From positions 152,502 to 216,501 of the IMG/VR virus record IMGVR_UViG_3300043219_000566: a stretch of DNA of 64,000 nucleotides. One strand, given 5' to 3'. The position numbers were made by a program, and so were the translations under genes. The notes below the pieces were generated by a model. The model worked only from the letters and a program-made list of their open reading frames with translations, was not told the DNA's origin and did not search any database. Of this stretch, positions 19,701 through 28,373 are shown piece after piece. Position 1 is the stretch's first letter. Each line of letters starts with the position of its first letter.

Positions 19701-20173
19701 GGGCGTAATTCGTCGAAAGCAAAACCGGTGCCACCCCCGGCCTTCTGGATGATGGCCGTGTCCTTGATCGCCTGAAAAATGCCACGAGTATCGTCTGGCA
19801 CCGGCAGCACGAAGCACGCGCTCAACAACCCCATCCGTCTGCCGCTGTTCATCAGCGTTGGACTATTGGGCATGAAGCGGCCGGAGCGCATCAGTTCGTA
19901 GAACCGCCCGCTCCACTCGTCACGCTGCGCCTCGTCCTCGCATCCAGCGACGTGGTCAGCCACGCGCTTGAACATCTCGTCGGGCGTTTCCGTGATCTCC
20001 CGTTCGTTCCGTATGAGATAGCGATTACGCAGAACTCGAACTGCGTTTTCAGTGAGAACTGGAACTTCGGGAACAATAGCCGACGCGGTACGTGACAATG
20101 TTGACACAACCCACTCCTTCGACGCTATGGGTTCGACGCTATTAGCGACCGTACATAAGGTGTACGGCGTCAC
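16715..20173 (-). CDS. nrdJ: Class II (adenosylcobalamin-dependent) ribonucleotide reductase with intein; C-terminal TSCPD-like and Zn-ribbon domains (start codon uncertain)
   Basis: FMPNSPTLMN, LSACFV, GGGTG, RRGANM, GEPG, ATNP/CGE, ESCNLGSLNL, RKIGLGVMG, APTGTISI, SISKTIN, KGVTVYR. Confidence 0.95.
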   Translation of the reverse strand: MTPYTLCTVANSVEPIASKEWVVSTLSRTASAIVPEVPVLTENAVRVLRNRYLIRNEREITETPDEMFKRVADHVAGCEDEAQRDEWSGRFYELMRSGRFMPNSPTLMNSGRRMGLLSACFVLPVPDDTRGIFQAIKDTAIIQKAGGGTGFAFDELRPCGAFVSSSGGQSSGPIAFWRVFSEATSAIQQGSFRRGANMAMMRVNHPDIIKFLFAKQDLRQFENYNISVKVDDEFMELVTKRPGAPFIVTWPDREGDGWLIPKEIVERCRKAVQAGVASDGQPREMDICYGIQDLTLTGQAIVAGEQDQYLTVGDVMDLIVKNAWQTGEPGLFFIDRIRESEATPAAGLIQATNPCVTGDTQILTIDGPRSFEELVESGVGSTLVHAWDSDTKLPVIRMMRDIRRTEHAADIIEVEFDSGLKVRCTAGHNFRTFRGNKITAQDLRIGQSVRAYAVSRHRDGHQRAHAWVANRCAHQWVHRMALDCFGVEIPEGLVTDHIDRNPDNNRPENLRVMTPEEHNSRHYPEREAGGFGRHGWKTAAAEVHAKIADGVRRYYGDNHKVVAIRSAGRAAVYNGTVDDVHTYVIVDPEYRGDSAAGLWSGVVSCNCGEQPLMPNESCNLGSLNLGRYVRPFYIEHPDACNPDSLSADERDDLVDWDRLQDDICTSTRLLDNVVSVNRYPTENIERICHTNRKIGLGVMGFADALIRLGVRYDSEGGLRWGERFMKFVNDNAISASQGLAEERGAFENYEQSRWAARLDRPLRNACVTSVAPTGTISIIANASCGIEPLFSFVFQRQILGGETMMECHPDFAELAQQQQFDSPELQQHMFDNGTLQDAKKVPAPMKEIFRTARDVSPEWHVRMQAAFQRHTTSSISKTINMPHEATESSVREAYILAYASRCKGVTVYRNGCRANQPMALSKSSEQDEVLVVPDVPHFRVPVEIPEFMHATRTRYHSAYGNLHMQISLELTPDGRYRERELFFNLGRSGDGVHPMIEVFGRLASLILRLDGSLELVIEQMRSHVLGNHPSRNGSSNKATSPPNELAMALLSYFAKTQAFRDDDGFLTQLPDVRPGPNKRPEPVASSVVAAAQVSGGNGHGVERSQAFLDRVNSAMAMTGTYRVPCQTLDCLGELVWAEGCQKCSVCGEGACG
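18356..19111 (-). mobile_element. Intein (252 aa) carrying an HNH homing endonuclease, inserted in the RNR NP|CGE active-site motif
   Basis: Starts CVTGDT after ATNP; block B CTAGH; VHR...DHIDRNPDNNRPENL...H HNH motif; block F VYNGTV; ends VVSCN followed by CGEQPL. Confidence 0.93.
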
Positions 20174-20423
20174 TCTTGCTGGCAGTCATTAGGTAGTAGC
20201 AAACTGAGATAAACCGACCGATCCCCGGTAACTCTGTACTGGCATGCACTGTTGCGGGCTGAAAAACGATATGCTCGGCGCGCTCCATCCACCGCTGCAT
20301 CTGGGGCACAACTGGCTCGGTGAGCATGACGTCGGTCTGCTCGTCGATCAACGACCCCTGCACCGGTTTACGCACTCTGCATTCGTTGAATTCCTGAAGA
20401 CGCAACCTGGGGAAAACAAACAT
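20142..20423 (-). CDS. Small hypothetical protein
   Basis: GGAG RBS + ATG upstream of nrdJ. Confidence 0.5.
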   Translation of the reverse strand: MFVFPRLRLQEFNECRVRKPVQGSLIDEQTDVMLTEPVVPQMQRWMERAEHIVFQPATVHASTELPGIGRFISVCYYLMTASKSDAVHLMYGR

Positions 20424-20510
20424 TTGCTCCGCTCCACACTAGCACACACCAGCGACCGTTCTTTAGTCGACACTGCTCAAATGCGCCCAGATAGACGACG
20501 CGCACCAAGC

Positions 20511-20539
20511 AGTATACTCGACCAGGCAAGCCCGTCCAA
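20511..20539 (-). promoter_or_regulatory. Possible sigma70-type promoter for the nrdJ/replication operon
   Basis: TTGGAC-N17-TATACT on the - strand in a ~200-bp intergenic gap; the -35 match is weak. Confidence 0.3.
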
Positions 20540-20621
20540 TCGAGCCAGTCAAGCGCACACACCCCTCCGGTTCCCGCTCCCCGCACAGTTCCAGCCGCCA
20601 CCACCAACCGCCGGAAGCGCG

Positions 20622-21236
20622 CTACTGCAGCTGCCTATACGGAGCAGCCAAGATACGAGAAACCGGAGGGGCGATTTCAACTTGGAAATCGTTCAGCCTG
20701 AATCTCTCGATCCACGCCGAATTACACTTCCCGCAACGCGCGGTGCAACGCGCCAAGTAGCGCGCTACGATTTTGGTCGTCAAGTGCACCGGGCTACCGT
20801 CCTCCAGCCCACACAACGGGCAGGTAAGCTGCGGAATCGCATCGAACTTGAACAACTGCTTCCAAAGCTGCGGTTTCCAGCGCCGGGACGGAGCTGGAGG
20901 ATCGATCGATTGATGATCGCCAGATGGAGACAACGCCTCCATAGAGATGACCTGATGCAGACGCCAGTTGAGTTTCACATCCGAACCGCGGCAACCAAGT
21001 TCGACCTCGTGTCGAATAAAAACCTCGGTGATCTCTCCGCCACAAGAAGCACAACGCACTCGCATCAGCACCGCGTTGGACAACTCTTTGCAGCGCTCAG
21101 GCGGCAGCAGCAGCATGAGCGCTGCCTCACAAAATGGACAGAAACGCTCCTCGCTTTCGAGATAACGAGCGCGGGTCTCCAAGTCGACCGCCGCGTTGAT
21201 GTCGAGTTTATCGACCGCGGACAAGATCATGACCAA
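20622..21236 (-). CDS. Double zinc-ribbon protein
   Basis: CPFC...CASC and CPLC...CGKC. Confidence 0.65.
   Translation of the reverse strand: MVMILSAVDKLDINAAVDLETRARYLESEERFCPFCEAALMLLLPPERCKELSNAVLMRVRCASCGGEITEVFIRHEVELGCRGSDVKLNWRLHQVISMEALSPSGDHQSIDPPAPSRRWKPQLWKQLFKFDAIPQLTCPLCGLEDGSPVHLTTKIVARYLARCTARCGKCNSAWIERFRLNDFQVEIAPPVSRILAAPYRQLQ
20757..20768. repeat. 12-bp palindrome GTAGCGCGCTAC (in frame, encodes VARY)
   Basis: Exact sequence; a 1-mismatch copy at 20614-20625 overlaps the same gene's TAG stop. Confidence 0.9.
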
Positions 21237-21667
21237 AGCCCCCGCGGATGCGTCTTCAGCACCCGCAAATTGGCCTTGCTGGGACGTACGCCCGCATAAC
21301 GTCTTCTGCGCTTGTTCCGTACCCGGCGGATCTTGCGGGGATCACCGGCGCGGCGAGCCACTTGCCCAGAGACGCTGCCTTCCTGAATCACCACAACATC
21401 GACCAGCTTCATCATGTCGTGCCAAATAGCGCCGCAAGTCAAACACTCGTGCTCGATGTAGATCGCGCGATTGTGGAAATCTTCGTGATCAAGGTGAACT
21501 TGGCGACCGTCCAGGTAGACCCCCGGACGCCGCTTCCCGACTTGCTCGTCAATCAGCTCTGTACGCGGGAAATCCAAAACACGCTGACCGATCCGCCCGC
21601 AGTAGGGACAATGATCAGGACGCGACAGGTACAGAGCTTTGGCCGCGTTCATCTGCATTCGATCCAT
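21227..21667 (-). CDS. Zinc-ribbon protein, likely paralog of the downstream gene
   Basis: ALYLSRPDHCPYCG...CLTCGAIW versus ARYLESEERFCPFCE...CASCGGEI. Confidence 0.6.
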   Translation of the reverse strand: MDRMQMNAAKALYLSRPDHCPYCGRIGQRVLDFPRTELIDEQVGKRRPGVYLDGRQVHLDHEDFHNRAIYIEHECLTCGAIWHDMMKLVDVVVIQEGSVSGQVARRAGDPRKIRRVRNKRRRRYAGVRPSKANLRVLKTHPRGLWS

Positions 21668-21962
21668 GCGTAGACTCCGTAGACTCTGTGCTCCTTCCTC
21701 GCTGTGCCGCTAGCTCCTTGTTGTAGGAGCCAAGCGCGACGCGTAGCTCAGGATAAAGCCACGTGTCGTACTGGGAAGACCGTTGCGAAGGTCCAAACGC
21801 CTCCGTAGCTACAACCGCAGCTTTGTCAGCAAGACGCTTCGCCTGGTCGAGATCGTCCGTGAGTTCCTTCACCCTCTGACGCAATGCGACCCGGTCCTCC
21901 TCGTCGATTTCGCCTAACGTTGGTTGTCCAGGCGGAGGACCAAATCCGTCGTTCGTACTCAT
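21615..21962 (-). CDS. Hypothetical coiled-coil protein
   Basis: GAGGAG RBS + ATG. Confidence 0.6.
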   Translation of the reverse strand: MSTNDGFGPPPGQPTLGEIDEEDRVALRQRVKELTDDLDQAKRLADKAAVVATEAFGPSQRSSQYDTWLYPELRVALGSYNKELAAQRGRSTESTESTHGSNADERGQSSVPVAS

Positions 21963-21993
21963 CAGTCTCTCCTCGTTTTAGAAACCAAAAATC

Positions 21994-22005
21994 GTAGCGC
22001 GCTAC
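21994..22005. repeat. 12-bp palindrome GTAGCGCGCTAC (overlaps thyX TAG stop)
   Basis: Exact sequence. Confidence 0.9.
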
Positions 22006-22817
22006 ACCTTGTCGTGCTCGGGCACCCAGGCCCCGTCCTTCTCGACGAAGTCGCCGAACAGGTTGGGCTCGTTGCGGACCAGCTCGCGCGCGATCTTGCG
22101 AAAGACGTGAGCGATCTCCTCCTCAGCCGCCGGGCTAGTGCGCATCGTGACGATGTGGCGCATGGCCCGGACGTTCATCGACCAGAACCCGCCGGTGCAG
22201 CAGCCCATTGGCAATATCCGCCGGAGCATCGAGGTGACTTTCTTCTTCTCGGACATCGGCAGCTTGTCGATTTCCCACGCGCCCGCCAGCTCCTGGTACA
22301 CGTCCTCGATCGTAGTGAATATCTTCACAAAGCTGCGGCGCGTTATCCGCTTCTTCGCGGCCAACACCTCGTCATCGTCGGCGCACTCGCGAAGCGACAG
22401 CGGCAGCCAGACGTCGATACCGCGCTCGATGTTCTGCAAAATGAAGCGCATCGAGCCCTCGCTGATCGCCACGCCCGCCCGGTGCCGGTTCATCTCTCCG
22501 GTGAAAACCCGCGTGACGCCCTCGATCGCGAAGGTGTAGCTGGAGTGCTCCAGAATGCTGCCGTGCTTCGAGCGCAGCACGTTCGCAAAGAACTCTCCCA
22601 GGTCGCGACGCACCCGGGTAACGTTCAGATTAGCTCCAGGCTCGAAACTCATATAACAGCGCTTCGCCGCGCAAGCCGGAACCAGCTCCATGTCAGTCGC
22701 GTTTTCTGGAAGCGCGTGGCTTTCGCACTCCGGAAATTCCCTGATGTAAGCGAGAAGCGCCTCGCGATCGGGAACGCTGTGCTGCACCATCCACACTCGG
22801 ATGTCTTTCCAGTTCAT
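22002..22817 (-). CDS. thyX: FAD-dependent thymidylate synthase
   Basis: HGSILEH, RHRAGVAISEGSMRF (ThyX motif), MNVRAMRHIVTMR, AEEEI. Confidence 0.92.
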   Translation of the reverse strand: MNWKDIRVWMVQHSVPDREALLAYIREFPECESHALPENATDMELVPACAAKRCYMSFEPGANLNVTRVRRDLGEFFANVLRSKHGSILEHSSYTFAIEGVTRVFTGEMNRHRAGVAISEGSMRFILQNIERGIDVWLPLSLRECADDDEVLAAKKRITRRSFVKIFTTIEDVYQELAGAWEIDKLPMSEKKKVTSMLRRILPMGCCTGGFWSMNVRAMRHIVTMRTSPAAEEEIAHVFRKIARELVRNEPNLFGDFVEKDGAWVPEHDKV

Positions 22818-22819
22818 AT

Positions 22820-22945
22820 CTACCTCTCGATATAGTCGGCTACTTCACAGCGGCGGCAGCGCACGAACGCCACAGTCCCGCTGCGATGCACCTCGTCCCA
22901 GCTGTGCCAGCCCAGCCAACACAGCAACCGGCCGAACCACTTCAT
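22820..22945 (-). CDS. Tiny DUF1660-like Zn-binding phage protein
   Basis: RLLCWLGWHSW...CRRC. Confidence 0.55.
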   Translation of the reverse strand: MKWFGRLLCWLGWHSWDEVHRSGTVAFVRCRRCEVADYIER

Positions 22946-23181
22946 CAGAACAGATTTCCCTGGCTGTCGATCATGCCCTCGTAGCCACACCACTTGCAAC
23001 GCGCATGTTGCGAGCAACCATCGTGAGATGACAGATCGTAATTTCTGCTGTGCCAGCCCCTTCGGCAAAGATAGATCTTCGCCAGACGCGAGCTAAACGG
23101 CCAGATCACATACGGCGTGATCGCCCATCCCGCGAGTCCGCCCACCGCCGTAACAAGGATCAATATCAGAATGTCTCCCAT
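22945..23181 (-). CDS. Small membrane-anchored DUF1660-like protein
   Basis: N-terminal hydrophobic helix, then CRRGWH...CKWCG. Confidence 0.55.
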   Translation of the reverse strand: MGDILILILVTAVGGLAGWAITPYVIWPFSSRLAKIYLCRRGWHSRNYDLSSHDGCSQHARCKWCGYEGMIDSQGNLF

Positions 23182-23195
23182 AGGTCACCTCATTC

Positions 23196-23783
23196 CTACC
23201 TGTCGTCGAGCGCTTGTTCAAAACATCGGCACCGCACCGGATGCTGCAGCTTGCGTATAGCCTGCGCCTCTATTTGCCGCGCCCGTTCTCTAGACACGCC
23301 GATGATTTTGCCTATTTCCTCCCACTCATGGGGTTCGGTAACCGAGCCAAGCCCCAACCGCAATTCGATCACCAAACGATGTCGCTCGGACAATGTCCAC
23401 TTGACCCTGTCCCAGATCTCGCTGACCGTGGCTTCGGTAGAGGACAACACGGCCAACGGAGACGGAGCCACCAGCCGCGCCTGCGCGCCCGCGGCAGCAA
23501 GCAAACGCTCGGTAGTCGCGTGCTTGTACATCACGCGCTCCATCCCGAGCTTCATCCCGCCGAGTTCAGGAGGACAAATATCCTCGGGCTCCGAGCCAAG
23601 CAATGAAGCAATCGCAACGAGGCTACTCAACGACGTTTGACTGAAGTCCATCCGTTCAACAGCGCCCCAGGATGTTGTAGAAACCCCGGCCAAGCTCGCC
23701 GCGGCACTCTGGCTCAATTTGCGCTGACGACGAAAGCGGATCAACGATCCGCTCCGTGTTTTAGCAATTACGGCAATTTCCAT
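23196..23783 (-). CDS. XRE-type HTH fused to sigma70 region 4 domain
   Basis: RRQRKLSQSAAASLAGVSTTSWGAVE (HTH_3); LSERHRLVIELRLGL...EEIGKIIGVSRERARQIEAQAIRKLQHP (sigma 4.2). Confidence 0.85.
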   Translation of the reverse strand: MEIAVIAKTRSGSLIRFRRQRKLSQSAAASLAGVSTTSWGAVERMDFSQTSLSSLVAIASLLGSEPEDICPPELGGMKLGMERVMYKHATTERLLAAAGAQARLVAPSPLAVLSSTEATVSEIWDRVKWTLSERHRLVIELRLGLGSVTEPHEWEEIGKIIGVSRERARQIEAQAIRKLQHPVRCRCFEQALDDR

Positions 23784-23790
23784 AGCTACC

Positions 23791-24522
23791 TCACTTCACA
23801 ATCTTGGTGATTTCATCCGGCGGGAACCGCAGCCGCTGCACACGGTTGGCCTCAAACAGATGAATCTCGCAGTCGTCCTGACAAACCTTCAAGTGCTGCA
23901 TGAACGTCTTCGGGGCGCGCGGGTCGTGCTCGTCGCAAAAATGCCGCGAGCGCACGCTGTCCTCATGAGTGATGTGACGCAGCATGGCAGGTGGATAGCC
24001 CGAAACACGGCCGCCCGCTTTCTGCGACCGGACAATCAAGTCCGTGTCCTCGTAGCCCCAGGCATAGTCGAGATTCTCGTTGTAGCCCCGAATCCGCTCG
24101 AACAGCCAACGCTGGATCGCCAGAGTGCCAGTCGCGCCGCCCATATCCTTGCTACTGAGCAACGGCGAGTTCACCACGATATCAAACCGCCGCTTCAACT
24201 GCGCCACACAGAAACTCACCCAGTTGGGGTCCAGCGCAATATCGGCATCGACGAAGCACAGGATCTCGCCGGTAGCGGCCAGCACCCCCAAATTACGCAT
24301 GTAGCTCGCCCGGTAGTGCGGGGCATTGCGCACATGCAATAGAGTACCGTGGAAGTACTCATTCTGCGGCAACAGTTTCAATCCGTCGTCCTGGGGTCCG
24401 CCGACGATCACGTATTCGACCTGGGGGTAATCCTGCCGGTACCAAGACTGCACCGAATGCTGCAAGTGATGCCACCGATCGTAGCACACAGTGATAATGC
24501 TAGCCTTCCGGAAGAACATCAC
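23791..24522 (-). CDS. Glycosyltransferase (GT-A; GT2/GT7-like)
   Basis: RNLG, FVDAD (DxD), GYNENL..WGYEDTDL. Confidence 0.9.
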   Translation of the reverse strand: MMFFRKASIITVCYDRWHHLQHSVQSWYRQDYPQVEYVIVGGPQDDGLKLLPQNEYFHGTLLHVRNAPHYRASYMRNLGVLAATGEILCFVDADIALDPNWVSFCVAQLKRRFDIVVNSPLLSSKDMGGATGTLAIQRWLFERIRGYNENLDYAWGYEDTDLIVRSQKAGGRVSGYPPAMLRHITHEDSVRSRHFCDEHDPRAPKTFMQHLKVCQDDCEIHLFEANRVQRLRFPPDEITKIVK

Positions 24523-25015
24523 TCTCCTCCGCGCGCCAGTGCTCGAAGTACAAATCGAGTTCTTTCAACCCGAACACCACGTCCCGGGACTGTAGCGTCG
24601 CGATCATCACGTAGAAAACACCCGACATGAACGGGCGGTAACCAGTGCGCAGCAATGAGGAATACAGCTCGGCCTGCTTGCCTTTCAGTTTGGCAGCGCG
24701 CTTGCCCTCGGACAACACCCTGCTGATCGCGTCGGCTCGCCGAGTCCAACCACGACGCACCAGCAGCCTGAGACAGTTCATAATGTAGTCGGTGTCCATC
24801 TCGTCGACATGCACATACTCCATGTTGGATGTGAACCAGACGTGAGCACGCATCTGCAGGCGCGAAGGCGTATGCTGGAACAAAAGATCTTCGGTAGCAT
24901 CGAAAAAGTAGCCGCAGTGCTGACACACCCGGCCGCTCGCGCTGTCTTGGTCGCAATGCTGACAATGGCAGCGGCGGCCCGAGTCGGGTCGCGCCGTAAA
25001 CCGACGTTTCGACAT
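24500..25015 (-). CDS. Hypothetical protein with N-terminal zinc ribbon
   Basis: CQHC...CQHC; AGGAG RBS. Confidence 0.6.
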   Translation of the reverse strand: MSKRRFTARPDSGRRCHCQHCDQDSASGRVCQHCGYFFDATEDLLFQHTPSRLQMRAHVWFTSNMEYVHVDEMDTDYIMNCLRLLVRRGWTRRADAISRVLSEGKRAAKLKGKQAELYSSLLRTGYRPFMSGVFYVMIATLQSRDVVFGLKELDLYFEHWRAEESDVLPEG

Positions 25016-25024
25016 GGGCAGCTC

Positions 25025-25792
25025 CTACCACACTTGTCCCCAGTCCTGTCCGCGATTGGCCTCCCAACCGATCTCTTGGCGATACCACGCCGAGTAGGCT
25101 TCGTGAGCCTGATAGCTGGCTCGAAGATCTGGCGCATCGTACGGAGCAGAACGCTCCTCGTCGGAATGCAACAATACGGCAACAGTCTCAGTGAGATAAT
25201 CGCCGATTGAGCAACCAGCCGTTTTCAACATGGCCTCGGCACGCAGCCGATAGTCGATGCACTCGTAACCCCAACCGTGTGGATTCTCCATCAACGGCTC
25301 GTGGAACCCGCGAAGCCGGGTATGGACCCAACGCTTGACAGCAACCAGACCCTCCAACGTCGGGTCGTAAGGCACGCGGCGAGTAATCCCCTCTGCCACC
25401 CACATGTCAAAATCGTCCCAGTGCACCATCAGCCGAGCAATAAACTCCGGGTCCACCAGAAAATCAGCAGTAGTGAAAATCAACAGCGTGCCGTACGCGT
25501 TGCGTGCTCCCAGATTTCTGGCTCGACACGGATTCCAACGCGTATCCTGCGGACGAAGCAAACGCACACGGCTCAAATCGACAGACGAAGGTTCATCCGA
25601 GAAGTCCACGACCACGATACCGATGTGACCGGTATACTTCTGCTGGAACCACGCTTCGAGAGCCTGGTTGAGATGCTTCTCTCGATCCAGGTAAGGAATG
25701 ACAACAGTGACCGGCGCGCTAGTCGTCCTTGTCTGGTCCAAAGAAGTTTTCTGGCTCTGGGTAACTATCTTCATCGGGATCGGATACCTCAC
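25025..25792 (-). CDS. Glycosyltransferase (GT-A; GT2/GT7-like) with variant catalytic motifs
   Basis: VTVVIPY, VVDFS, ARNLGA, FTTAD (DxD altered), GFHE...GWGYECIDY. Confidence 0.8.
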   Translation of the reverse strand: MRYPIPMKIVTQSQKTSLDQTRTTSAPVTVVIPYLDREKHLNQALEAWFQQKYTGHIGIVVVDFSDEPSSVDLSRVRLLRPQDTRWNPCRARNLGARNAYGTLLIFTTADFLVDPEFIARLMVHWDDFDMWVAEGITRRVPYDPTLEGLVAVKRWVHTRLRGFHEPLMENPHGWGYECIDYRLRAEAMLKTAGCSIGDYLTETVAVLLHSDEERSAPYDAPDLRASYQAHEAYSAWYRQEIGWEANRGQDWGQVW

Positions 25793-25994
25793 CGAAGTCC
25801 TCCCCAGACTGCGGCCCCGCGCTGCACTGATCTTGTTGGGCTTGTTGGTCCGTTAACACTTGCTGAATCGCGCCGAAGACCCGCTTCGGATCTATGTTGG
25901 TAGCGACCTCTTTTAACTCCTCCTCATCACCGTATCCGGTATCGACATCGTCGACGGGCTCAGGCAAGACTCCCATCGCGTCTTTGTAACTCAT
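25719..25994 (-). CDS. Small acidic hypothetical protein
   Basis: GAGGAG RBS; ATGA coupling. Confidence 0.5.
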   Translation of the reverse strand: MSYKDAMGVLPEPVDDVDTGYGDEEELKEVATNIDPKRVFGAIQQVLTDQQAQQDQCSAGPQSGEDFGEVSDPDEDSYPEPENFFGPDKDD

Positions 25995-26668
25995 CTCGTT
26001 CTCCTCGCGATGCGCTTCAGCTGATTGCACATGATGTTCGCCAGAAAAGAATGTGCCCACTCAACGCAGTACCCGGCCGGATCACGCTCGTCCGCCTGCT
26101 GTATCCGCACCTTCGTCGAAGCGAAACGGACCAGCGGAGTGCCGGGGTAGTGGGTGAACACGATCACAGGGATCTTCAACTCTTTGCTGGCGCGCGTAGC
26201 TACACCCAGTAAAGCGCGCGAACCAGGATCGCTGGCGAAGCACCACAGTGCATCTCCACGGCGACCCTGAACCATCAATTCAGCCCCCAGGGACTCGTCG
26301 GTTCCGCACTTGCCGTACGAAGTGGTGGAAGTCGCGACGTTCAGTCCCAAAACACTGGCGCGCGTAGGCCGCTCGTACTTGGACGTGGTCGTCGAGAGCT
26401 TATGGCACACGTCGACCGCCAAGCAAAATCCCGGGCCGTTGCCCGCCAGCCATAAGCTGCCGCAGTTCTCCACAGTTAAGGACATGGCTTCGAGCGCGCG
26501 CTCGATTTCTCTCAGCACAAGCTCGTCTCTGATCTGCCGAGCAGCTGTGTCGCAGGCTTTCCCGGTCGCGCGGATCTCCTCCCGAACGCTGATAAGCCGA
26601 GATAGCGCTCGCCGAGTAGACTTAGTTGCTGCTACTTTTTTCTTGGACACGGCGCTCACTTTGGCCAC
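25991..26668 (-). CDS. Hypothetical protein
   Basis: Packed co-directional ORF. Confidence 0.6.
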   Translation of the reverse strand: MAKVSAVSKKKVAATKSTRRALSRLISVREEIRATGKACDTAARQIRDELVLREIERALEAMSLTVENCGSLWLAGNGPGFCLAVDVCHKLSTTTSKYERPTRASVLGLNVATSTTSYGKCGTDESLGAELMVQGRRGDALWCFASDPGSRALLGVATRASKELKIPVIVFTHYPGTPLVRFASTKVRIQQADERDPAGYCVEWAHSFLANIMCNQLKRIARRTR

Positions 26669-26671
26669 AGA

Positions 26672-27085
26672 TCAAACCTCCGAGTCGTCGGACTCCCGTA
26701 ACTCGCCGCCCTTGAAGAACTTAGCGAGCAACATCGATGTCGCCGATTGACCTTTCGCTCTCTCGGCCAGTTGATCCCGAATGTCCTTGACCTCGGAGTC
26801 TACCGTAAATTCTCTCGCGCCGCTGAGGAAAGCAGCTGTAGATCGGTCGAATATGCCGCTCACCAGAGCCAGCAACTGCGCAAATAGCTGAGACAGCTCG
26901 CAATGTTCGGCCTTGGTAGCTTTGGCAACGTACTCGAACGGATTAAGTGCCAGCTCCTTGTGGAGAGTCGCGATCTCCTGCATGACCCCGGTCAGTTCCA
27001 GGATCGACTGCGGCGTCAGCGTCTCGGGCATCCGCTCCAGCACGTCCAGGAGCTTGCCGCGAAGGCGGTACCGGCTGTAAGCCAT
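26672..27085 (-). CDS. Hypothetical helical protein
   Basis: GGGAG RBS before ATG at 27085. Confidence 0.6.
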   Translation of the reverse strand: MAYSRYRLRGKLLDVLERMPETLTPQSILELTGVMQEIATLHKELALNPFEYVAKATKAEHCELSQLFAQLLALVSGIFDRSTAAFLSGAREFTVDSEVKDIRDQLAERAKGQSATSMLLAKFFKGGELRESDDSEV

Positions 27086-27410
27086 GTTGATCACTCCCGA
27101 ACAGCTCCGCGAGGCCGGTCTCGGCGACCACCATCTCGGAGCTATGGTGTAAACGCCAAACCTCGATCCAGGCCTCGCCCTCATCGTCATTCCATTCGCA
27201 GCCCTCGATGAGCGCGGCCAAACGCGTGTGAACCTGCTGCTCCCATAGCTGATCTATGTCTGCAAGCTGCGCAGACGAACCGCGAACATTGAACAAGCGC
27301 TCGATCGCGAGCTTGCCGAGCACCGCCTCGTAGCGGCTAACCCGCTTGGCGTCCAGACGCCGCTGAAGCGCCAGTAGCACCGTCCACTTGTTGGTTAATC
27401 GCGCAGCCAT
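26943..27410 (-). CDS. Hypothetical protein (3' end overlaps the next gene by about 140 nt)
   Basis: ATG at 27410 fills the gap between neighbours. Confidence 0.45.
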   Translation of the reverse strand: MAARLTNKWTVLLALQRRLDAKRVSRYEAVLGKLAIERLFNVRGSSAQLADIDQLWEQQVHTRLAALIEGCEWNDDEGEAWIEVWRLHHSSEMVVAETGLAELFGSDQHGLQPVPPSRQAPGRAGADARDADAAVDPGTDRGHAGDRDSPQGAGT

Positions 27411-27646
27411 TTCTTCGCACCTTCCAGCCAGTTCTCGGCCGCCCCAAGCTGTCCCGGCGTAACTCGCTCGTCCGCGCATATTCGCTCGTCCATACTCGTA
27501 GCTTGCTCACGGACGCTCTCAACAAAATCCTGCGCCGGGTCGCCAACTTCCTCCTCTACACGATCGAGAGTCTCGAATAAATCCTTCAACGTATCCAGCA
27601 CATCCCCGTAATCGGGACCCTCTGGACGACGTATTCCAAAGCCCAT
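27395..27646 (-). CDS. Small acidic hypothetical protein
   Basis: GGAG RBS before ATG at 27646. Confidence 0.55.
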   Translation of the reverse strand: MGFGIRRPEGPDYGDVLDTLKDLFETLDRVEEEVGDPAQDFVESVREQATSMDERICADERVTPGQLGAAENWLEGAKKWLRD

Positions 27647-27662
27647 AGTTACTCTCCAGCAG

Positions 27663-28373
27663 TCACACGCAGCACAGCCGACAAATACGGTGCTCCAGCA
27701 CCTCATTCCACAGCTCACGACTTAGCTGCTCCGCGCGCTTGTGAGGACCAAACTCGATCGCAACACAATCTTCCCCGAGGTAAGGATACTCCGCCCGCAC
27801 CGCCAGCATCCGCCGGTAACAGGCGTCCAGCTGCTCCATGCGCCGTCGGCCTTCCTGCTCAAACACGTCCGGGCGATCTCCAGACACCTGGTGCCAGCGT
27901 TCGATAGCCAACTCGACGTCCGCCAACAACACAATCGTGATGTCGGGGACGAAGGAATTGCAGATCCGCAACAACGCCGTGATGTTCTCACGCCCTGAGT
28001 AATCGCCGAATTTCTCTCGATACTCTCTAGTTCCAGCCGCCTGCTCGAAGGCATCCTCACCGTAGGCGTAGAAGCTCGCTGAATAGCGATCGAGCACAAC
28101 GATATCGCCCACAGCAACATAATGACGCACCGTGGTGATCAACTCGCACCGCGCAGCCATGTACAACATCATCCGCGTCATCGGGTTGCCCCAGTCCGCG
28201 AACCGCGCCAGCGGACGAAGCTGCAAATGCGCGGAATGCTGCTCGTGCACACCGGGGTCCTGCAGCAGATGAACACCCCGGTCGGGATACTCGTCACGCA
28301 ACCGAGCAAGCAGTGCTCGGGCCTGAGTAGTCTTGCCTACGCCGTTTAGCCCTTCAAAACAAACGATCGCCAT
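27663..28373 (-). CDS. tmk: Thymidylate kinase-like nucleotide monophosphate kinase
   Basis: FEGLNGVGKTTQ P-loop, LYMAAR, VLDRYSASFYAY, VPDITIVL. Confidence 0.88.
   Translation of the reverse strand: MAIVCFEGLNGVGKTTQARALLARLRDEYPDRGVHLLQDPGVHEQHSAHLQLRPLARFADWGNPMTRMMLYMAARCELITTVRHYVAVGDIVVLDRYSASFYAYGEDAFEQAAGTREYREKFGDYSGRENITALLRICNSFVPDITIVLLADVELAIERWHQVSGDRPDVFEQEGRRRMEQLDACYRRMLAVRAEYPYLGEDCVAIEFGPHKRAEQLSRELWNEVLEHRICRLCCV

Noticed and set aside
26943-27085. Long same-strand gene overlaps (also 49562-49674 and 52617-52720) as programmed recoding
   Set aside because: No slippery site or conserved motif across the junctions; simple stop-codon drift in GC-rich DNA explains them
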